Positions 57,016 to 64,000 of a DNA stretch of 64,000 nt are shown here, piece after piece. The stretch is from Curvularia clavata (taxonomy: Eukaryota), in the NCBI GenBank assembly GCA_023920165.1, contig CP089279.1, forward strand, positions 2,418,001 to 2,482,000. The letters are read 5' to 3'. Position 1 is the first letter of the stretch, and each line of letters begins with the position of its first letter. The notes below the pieces were generated by a model. That model saw only the letters and a program-made list of their open reading frames with translations. It was not told the origin of the DNA and searched no databases. Position numbers and translations under genes: made by a program.

Positions 57016-60000
57016 ATGCTGCCAAGACTGCACACTGATATGGTTGACGACAAGCCCGGCCCGCTGCAGAGGAGGACGAGCAAGAGACAGAGGGTCGCAA
57101 ACTTCTTCAAATCATGGAGACACAGGCAGTCGCAGCCCCGTCCCCAAACCATGGTATGTCCATCTTGGCTCCCTTCAGGCCTGGACCCTACAGCCCCGAC
57201 TATGCCGCTGACAAACCCCCCTCTCCAGGCCCTCACCAAGCAGCTCGACGATGCTGGCCCCAGCCCTCAAGAAGAACGCACTGCCTCGCCCGACCATGGT
57301 AGCAACCCCACCGCCGGTGAGGCCGACCAAGCCCGCCTGCCGACACCATCCCCACCCCCACCATCACAAGAGACGGCCCAGCACAAAGCCGACCCAAAGA
57401 GCGATTCCGTCAGCGAGCCCTTGAGCGAACCTTTGAGCGAGACGCACCTTCACGCTCTGTTTGGTGGAGCCCCGCAGTTTCGCGTCGCAACGGTCAACGG
57501 CCGCTGCACCCCCACAGCCTCGTTTCCCTGGAGCACCGAGACGGCGACTAAGGATGCGACCGACATAGCGCCTCTCGCAGAGCCGGCCTTTTCAGCGGCG
57601 ACTCTGCACAAACATACTCTCAAGGCCGAACCTCTCTCTGAGACACCAAGGGAGTACAATGGCTACGCTGTCGACGCGGTCGAAACGCCCTGCATGCTTG
57701 GTATTCAGGGCATCGAGCCGGGAACCATTGGCTTCTCTCACTTCCTCGAGTTACCCAAGTCCGATGTCCTCCTCAGCGAACACCCAGCATCTCAATCAAG
57801 TAGCAATGCTGCCGAAGCGAGTAGAAACAAGGACATGTTGTATACCAACCCTGAGCGTCTTGGTATCCGTCCAGTGGATCTTGGCTTGATCTACGATCGC
57901 TTGGGTGAGTTTCAAGACATGTACGAGGCTTTTCACGATAGCCCGGAGCCCATGACAATCCTCAACACCCAGACCTCTGGGGACCTGTACGCCAATTTGT
58001 TCACAAAGTTCCTAACCCCGCCTGGCTACGACGACACTACCGACGACCCCACTGGAATGCAAATACAGATCGCTGCTTTGCTCAAGGTTTTGGGCCTCAA
58101 GGGCATATGGTATGACTTTAGCCTTGTTGAGTGGAGGATCAGACTAGGCCAGATACTGTGGAGTGAACCAGAGACGGTACCCGAAAACGAACAAGGGACA
58201 CAACTTTTGTGGACAGAGCGCGAGGTTCTGCTGCTCCAAATTATCTTGGCATGCGAGTTGCTGCTCCGGCTAGATGCCTTTACCAACGCTGATGCTGCCG
58301 ATGCTGCCGTCCGGCTGCGCATCAATCCCCAGGATGTTGAGGCGTTCCTTCAAACCAAAACCCGAAAGATCGACTGGGATCTGGTCCTTGCTCGCACCTT
58401 CTTGGACAACATTGCCATCATGGGAACCAGTGACGCACAAACTTCTCCCAAACCCAAATCGCGCGGGCTGCTATCGCTATTTGCTGAGAACGCCCACCTT
58501 GAACTACCCCAATCTGACCTTGTTCTGTTTCCACAACACCAAACGCAGCAGATCTCCGGTCTTCTTCATTTTGCGACCGTCATACAGTGGCCTGGACTCG
58601 ACATGGTATCTGCCCAACTTGTGCGGAAATTGGCTCCACAGATCAAGACTGAAGATGTCACACCATCATCTCCAAGCGGAAGGCTGATAGGTCCAGAGTC
58701 TTCGTCTGGCGTCAGTGTATACGCAACGCCATTGCAAACTCCGCCCACCTCCGGCCATCAGTTGGATAGCTATTTCGGACAAACTGGGAAGCCTCCGCTA
58801 GATCGTAACAACTCCCGCGCTTTCCACATGGCCCTTAGTCCTACCTCGGCAGCTGCGATGGACCAGTCCAAGCCTTTTGTGAACGATGTTGGTGGATGGC
58901 TTAGCCGATCATACCTAACGGGGCTGGTGCTTCCTGGAGAAGCCATCTCGCATTTGCTCATTTCCACTCTGCTTGAGAATGATGAGACTGCCGTTGCGAA
59001 CCTTGGTCATTCTGCCAACCTGTATGGCGGCTTTACCTTTGGCGACAGAACGTTTTGGAGCAAGAATTCTATTGTTGGGCGTGTGCTGGCTTGTGTAAAG
59101 GGCTCTGCCGAGTGCATGGGTTGGGTATCTTGCCCGAAGCTACCAGAGAATCGCGCTGAGCGTTGGTACTCTATACATAGCGAAATCATACCCTACGAGA
59201 ACCGGGTTCAAGAAAACGACGGCCCTGATCTCGTTGCACAAGACTCGGCAATCATTCCTGGAGATTTGACTGCTGCCAAGTCGGAGGATTTCGTACTTCC
59301 CCGCGATCTCGACCCGGTGCCAATATCATCTCTTGGCTTCTCACAGTGGGAGCTCATCCCTATGAATGCCGATCTCATCGACGGCGACAGCTCGACAGGG
59401 CCGCCCGCCGAAAGCGATATACACTCTCCGTCTGTCACTTTTGTCTCGGGTGACGGAGCAATTACTCACACTTTGACGCTTGGCTACGAGATCCAGTTTG
59501 TGACTTCGTGGCCATGCACAGCGGCAGCATCTGCGACCGCGTCTACACATCGACCAAGGGTTTTGAGACGTTCTATCACGGGGACGCTATCGAGGTCGTC
59601 GTCTAAGCACAGCATAACATTGTCTCGCCGTAACAGCCACGGTTTCGAGCCGCTGCTATCCCATCCGCCGGACGCCATGACCAGTGCACCAAAACGCATG
59701 TACGATGCGCCCGAAGAAGTGGCTGAAGAAGGGCTCGCGACAAGCAACAAACCTCTGGATACACACCTTCTCCACAAGTCGTACTCTTACAAGGTCGTTC
59801 CTGTGACCGATGTTCTAGACCCGGAATTTCTGCTACCCTTTGAGCTGCATACGTCCAAGTTGAGCGAACGCGTTCTCGCCCTATCCGAAAGCAACTACAG
59901 CGAAGCAGACACCATCCGGGAGAACAAGAAGGCGGTGCTAGTGCTGGATGCTCGAGCGTCGTGGGATCTCGAGGTTCTTGCGCGAGCGTGGTGTGCAGAG

Positions 60001-60102
60001 AGAGGACTCCATGCTCTCGTCAGTCGGGTTGGAAGAACTTGTCTAGCTTGTTCCATCCGCGAGGCTCGAGGTCTAGGTATCCATATCATCATTCGTGTGT
60101 AG
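57016..60102 (+). CDS. Large hypothetical fungal protein (~1003 aa spliced)
   Basis: 3-kb ORF with coding-like composition; likely intron 57154-57228 (GTATGT..GCTGAC..CAG); conserved-looking blocks WYDFSLVEWRIRLGQ, LTGLVLPGE, LYGGF, FWSKNSIVGRVLA, VLARAWCAERGLHALV..RTCLACSIREA. Start could be 57016 or 57040. Confidence 0.85.
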   Translation: MLPRLHTDMVDDKPGPLQRRTSKRQRVANFFKSWRHRQSQPRPQTMVCPSWLPSGLDPTAPTMPLTNPPLQALTKQLDDAGPSPQEERTASPDHGSNPTAGEADQARLPTPSPPPPSQETAQHKADPKSDSVSEPLSEPLSETHLHALFGGAPQFRVATVNGRCTPTASFPWSTETATKDATDIAPLAEPAFSAATLHKHTLKAEPLSETPREYNGYAVDAVETPCMLGIQGIEPGTIGFSHFLELPKSDVLLSEHPASQSSSNAAEASRNKDMLYTNPERLGIRPVDLGLIYDRLGEFQDMYEAFHDSPEPMTILNTQTSGDLYANLFTKFLTPPGYDDTTDDPTGMQIQIAALLKVLGLKGIWYDFSLVEWRIRLGQILWSEPETVPENEQGTQLLWTEREVLLLQIILACELLLRLDAFTNADAADAAVRLRINPQDVEAFLQTKTRKIDWDLVLARTFLDNIAIMGTSDAQTSPKPKSRGLLSLFAENAHLELPQSDLVLFPQHQTQQISGLLHFATVIQWPGLDMVSAQLVRKLAPQIKTEDVTPSSPSGRLIGPESSSGVSVYATPLQTPPTSGHQLDSYFGQTGKPPLDRNNSRAFHMALSPTSAAAMDQSKPFVNDVGGWLSRSYLTGLVLPGEAISHLLISTLLENDETAVANLGHSANLYGGFTFGDRTFWSKNSIVGRVLACVKGSAECMGWVSCPKLPENRAERWYSIHSEIIPYENRVQENDGPDLVAQDSAIIPGDLTAAKSEDFVLPRDLDPVPISSLGFSQWELIPMNADLIDGDSSTGPPAESDIHSPSVTFVSGDGAITHTLTLGYEIQFVTSWPCTAAASATASTHRPRVLRRSITGTLSRSSSKHSITLSRRNSHGFEPLLSHPPDAMTSAPKRMYDAPEEVAEEGLATSNKPLDTHLLHKSYSYKVVPVTDVLDPEFLLPFELHTSKLSERVLALSESNYSEADTIRENKKAVLVLDARASWDLEVLARAWCAERGLHALVSRVGRTCLACSIREARGLGIHIIIRV

Positions 60103-61226
60103 GTTGGTAGCTGATTTCCTTTCTTGCTTGGCCGCTTCTGGCTTATTACACTGGTCGCTGTTCACGGCCCGATCATTTCACCATATATACTACTCTCTTA
60201 CGAGGATGGGTTTTTGGCGGATGCTTTGACAGACTGCTCTTCTCTTACATAATATTTGATCTTGAGCTTTTTAGCCGGCGTTCACATGTATACGAGATAC
60301 CCCAATTGAGAATGGAATCCAATAGCACTTCGTCGATCAACCTGTTTTTTTCTCCATGCAAGTGCATCCTCCTTGGAATCATGTATGCAAAACTGTGCAA
60401 TGACGACCCGACGACGCAATCATTTTCTTGCTGCGCCGCCTCCACTCTATTGAATGCAGCATTTCAAACTATGAATATATCACCCACCATACTGACTTGG
60501 TAGATGGACCGCGGGGCTGTGCACATCTTTCGATGTGGCACTGCGCTGGCCTTAGGGGTGGCCTCAAATCTACGCTCGTGTTTCACCCACGAGGGGGAGG
60601 GGCCCTCGTACCTCGAGCTAACTCCGGGCCCTAAAAGCTGTGCATATCACACACACAAAAGGCCTGAACACTGCACTTACATACGCATAATACCTTGCTA
60701 ATCTCCATTTTTTTTTGTTTGATTTTCTGTGCGCTTTCATCCTCCGCTGCAACTTAGCGACGTCATCAATCGCATATTTTAGTGTTCGGTTGTTGTTTTT
60801 TGCACTGATCATAAGCTGCATTTGCGATTTGCAGTGCACACCACACCCCTTTTGTCTGATTCCGCGCGACGACGCACGTTGAAGGGGCGGCGGCGGCGAA
60901 TCGCGACACACCCACCCGCTTCCAACCATTTACCATTTCAATACCGGCCACGCCTTGTTCTCTGGATTACTGCCCGATTTGGACGGCTCGACGCGTGTAT
61001 ATATATATACGACACTGCTGCCAAGGAGGAAAAAAAAGCTTAAGGGTGGTTCCAAGAGAAAGGGAAGGAAAAAAAAAAGTAAACGCCATTCATTCTGTCC
61101 CCACCAAACAAAGTAAAATACGTGGATTTTCTACATCACGTTTTCGCTACCGAGCTATTGCTCTCTACTGTCCAACCACCAACCCAAAACACCTCCCCGG
61201 AGAAGGCTAGATAAAGGCAAAACAAA

Positions 61227-61481
61227 ATGAACTACGCCCCCGTGGACCCCTCCACCACCACCGACGCCGAGCCAGAAGACGCAGGCTACACAGGTGGTGG
61301 CACCGGTGATGGCGCATTGGACCCTTGCAGCCGCTGTATCAACAGGCTGGACATGACACTCGCGGGACCCTGGTGCATCGAGAGCTTGGCGTCGTGTTGT
61401 ACGGTTATCTGGGGGTGGATAAGTATGTCGGGGCATTGTTGTGGTGAGTGCTGCGTGGCGTGTTGCAACTGCTTTGGGTGA
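61227..61481 (+). CDS. Small Cys-rich tail protein, CYSTM/palmitoylated-type (84 aa, 12 Cys)
   Basis: A-rich start context (AAAACAAAATG); acidic Gly/Thr-rich head followed by ...SCCTVIWGWISMSGHCCGECCVACCNCFG; GC-rich coding island between AT-rich flanks. Confidence 0.72.
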   Translation: MNYAPVDPSTTTDAEPEDAGYTGGGTGDGALDPCSRCINRLDMTLAGPWCIESLASCCTVIWGWISMSGHCCGECCVACCNCFG

Positions 61482-62045
61482 GGAGTTTTCAAGGAGTCGG
61501 TTGGGAGGGGGGAGGAGGGTGTGCTTAGAAGGGGAAGCGAAGAATATGGACATACATGTATCACAGGGATATACTTCTTAGACACTTTTTCACAGAATAT
61601 AAAAGATACCTTAGTAGCTAGAATATAGATGAAAATATCGGATTCAACAATGCGGCATGAGTTGTTGGAAATACAGCAGAGAAATGCAGAGACTCATGTA
61701 TGATGGACATAGCTAGCGAGCGCTATACACCTATGGACATAGATAGAACATGAGAGTAATATAAATACAATAATGGAATGCGTAGCGCAAATGAAGAGCT
61801 GTGATTTTGCAGATGCCATGCATATTGGTGGGGGTGTGAGACGATGAAAAGAGGGTATATGGAAAAGGTAGGAAGGGTATCTCGTACGTATGTTTTGTGC
61901 AACAGAAATGGGAAAGAAGAAAAGTATGGTGGAAGGCTGGCTCCGGAGCGAATGCAAAGCTTGTGTAGCCTAAAAGGTTACGACAGAAGGAGAAGAAAAG
62001 AGGAAAGATGAGAAGTCCAGCAAGATGGGTTCAAAGTAAACACAC

Positions 62046-64000
62046 TCACGCCTGCCGACTGAGTAACAGCTCCACCGCTCGGTCAACTCTCAAGCCGGAC
62101 CCCAAATCAGTCAAGCGCAGCGCCTCTCGCGCTTGCTCGGGCGTAAAACCCATTTCGACGATGCGGTAAATCGCCTTCTCGGCCGTATGCTCGTGGCTAG
62201 GGGTCGAGTAGATGGAGCGCTGTCGCAAGTGCTGCTGGGAGATGCCGCTCCTAGGACTGACGGGAGAGCTTAGATCGCTTTCGCGGCTTCCGTTGCGGTG
62301 GTGAAAGGCATAGTGGTTGGGTGGCGCTGAAACGAGGTGAGGCGGGGCGGGAGATGCGGAAAGGGGGTGGTGAGAGGGTGCATCTTCAGGGACAGAAGGC
62401 ATTGGGTGTCCGATCATGTAGGCTTGCCAGTCCGGGGCATTTGACGCCGTTGTGGTAGAAGGGGTTGGAAGGAGGGGTTGAGCGACTGTGCGACAGGGTG
62501 GTGAGCCAATGCTTGTAACACTACCTAGTGTGTACAAGTCGCGGTTGCTCTGGTAAGTTGATACTGATGGAGATGAGGGATGTACTTCCGCTGTTCTTGG
62601 CCAATGAGGTAGTGGTGGGTGTTCTCCAGCCCTCGTCAGGTTCGAGACTACGCTGCGGTGGTCGAGAGGCGTAGCTACTGTCGAGGCAGTGGGGGTTGGT
62701 AGCAGCGGTTGGGCAAACGTTCTTCGAGGTGGAGAGGGCGTTCTGGAGGTTGGAAGCTCAGACACAGACTGTCCGTCAGTAGAAATCAACATTGATGACC
62801 TGAGAGTAGGCACATGAGTGACGATATCACCCGTTGAGCCTTTCTTATGGACCGGAGGGCGAGTCAGGTTCTTGATAACTGTATCCCAGTCCGACATAGG
62901 CCGTTCTTGCGACATGTGGATCGCAGGGGGTTGATCGCTGCTTGTTCTGCGCTGACGAAGTTCGCTAATGTGCTGTTGAATGCGTATCCTAGATTGCTGA
63001 CGCTGGACGTCGCGGGTAGAGATTTCGGCATACGTGTTTGCAATCTTGTCTTCATAAATGCGCGAAGCAGCTTCCCTAAGAAATTTGCGACGAGTGTTCC
63101 CAGGAGCTGGTGGCTTCCAATTGACCCAGCCATTCTCAGCAGCAATGGTGAAACCTTTGGGGTCAGACGGATGATAGGGCCCAGTCAGCTTCAAAACCGC
63201 GGCTGGTCCAAAGGTCAAGAGGTAGTAGCACCATTCATCTAGACGGATTAGTCGTATGAATAGGCTTGAGATCGGAGCAACATACCAAGCATCATCTCCT
63301 CGCCATCAATATCGCCACCTCGGATATCTGTGTTGTCGTATATGCCTGCCTGGCGTGCTTGAACGGTTCGGCCCTCAAAGCTTTGCAAGAGTACTGCTAG
63401 ACAGTTCCATAACTCCATAATGTCAAAAAGCTGCTCGGCGGTGAGCCCGCCTTCGTTGCCCTTACCGAAGCTTTCGGACATGCCGACTAGCGTGTCATTC
63501 ATAAGATCCGTGCCGCTCATGCTGAAGGTGCAAGTTTCCTGATGAGCTAGGGCTCCTCCGTTGAGCCAGTCCATTTGTGCAACAAGGTCGTCCTCTCGTC
63601 CTTTGCCCAAGCCGAAAATTATGCAAAATGTCCATATGCGCCACAACGCATCGTCGACTCTGGCCGACTCTAACGGATCCGTACTCAGGAGTGCAGCCGT
63701 AATCTCTGGTCGTATAAATGATTGACACTTCTCGAGGATCTCCAGCTTGATAGCACGAATGGCTTGAATGTCTCGTTTTTGGAGCTGTAGATACGTCGCG
63801 GGAGTGTATTCCTCTTCTGGTCGCGTCATTTCAAGGTCTTCTGCATGCAAACGGTCGTGGCCAGGAAACGCGATTTCTCTGAACTCCCATGCTGGAGGCG
63901 ACATAGCCTGGAGAGTAGATTTGATGAGGTCGAGTTCGTGGCGCTTGTAAACGCGGTAGAAGCCATGATTGATAAGAGCAGCAGCGAAAAGATCGTCAAA
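62046..64000 (-). CDS. 5'-truncated gene: F-box-like segment, helical domain, Pro/Ser-rich linker, C-terminal UBA domain
   Basis: Exons >64000-63286 and 63238-62046 (intron GTATGT..CTAAT..TAG); begins at the window edge FDDLFAAALINHGFYRVYKRHE; ends AIYRIVEMGFTPEQAREALRLTDLGSGLRVDRAVELLL (UBA MGF..LL motif). The F-box assignment is tentative. Confidence 0.8.

Noticed and set aside
1..64000. Intact transposon, secondary-metabolite cluster or prokaryotic defence system
   Set aside because: No transposase, RT/integrase, PKS/NRPS or bacterial-type operon recognised; the conserved genes are unrelated housekeeping functions.

Overview
Eukaryotic genomic DNA from a filamentous ascomycete (short GT-AG introns with CTRAC branch sites; gene content and style suggest a Dothideomycete/Pleosporales-like fungus, which is inference). 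I hand-spliced about 19 protein-coding genes, several invisible or fragmented in the ORF track: FMP46-like, RPS30 (8-nt microexon), CREG-like secreted protein, the C2H2 developmental regulator FlbC inside a ~20 kb gene desert, NEW1/Elf1 (eEF3 paralogue), a 3-exon secreted Cys-rich protein with Kex2-type sites, a bestrophin/UPF0187 channel, an MFS sugar porter, UBC13, SEA3/MTC5, MPC2, complex I subunit NDUFA2, an ACR-2-like Zn2Cys6 factor, a large hypothetical protein, three small orphan-like genes and a partial F-box-like/UBA gene. No tRNA, rRNA, CRISPR or intact transposon was recognised. The most unusual material is in the gene-poor 34-43.8 kb block: a decayed ~135-165 bp tandem array that reads as a broken ~53-aa repeat protein, a 77-bp duplication with Pol III A/B-box-like motifs and repeated CAG|GTA splice-donor motifs, and a spliced 84-aa orphan. 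Also notable are the Kex2/8-Cys effector candidate with a CCAAT minisatellite upstream and the AUG-depleted ~1.1 kb flbC leader. No novelty claim could be checked against databases.
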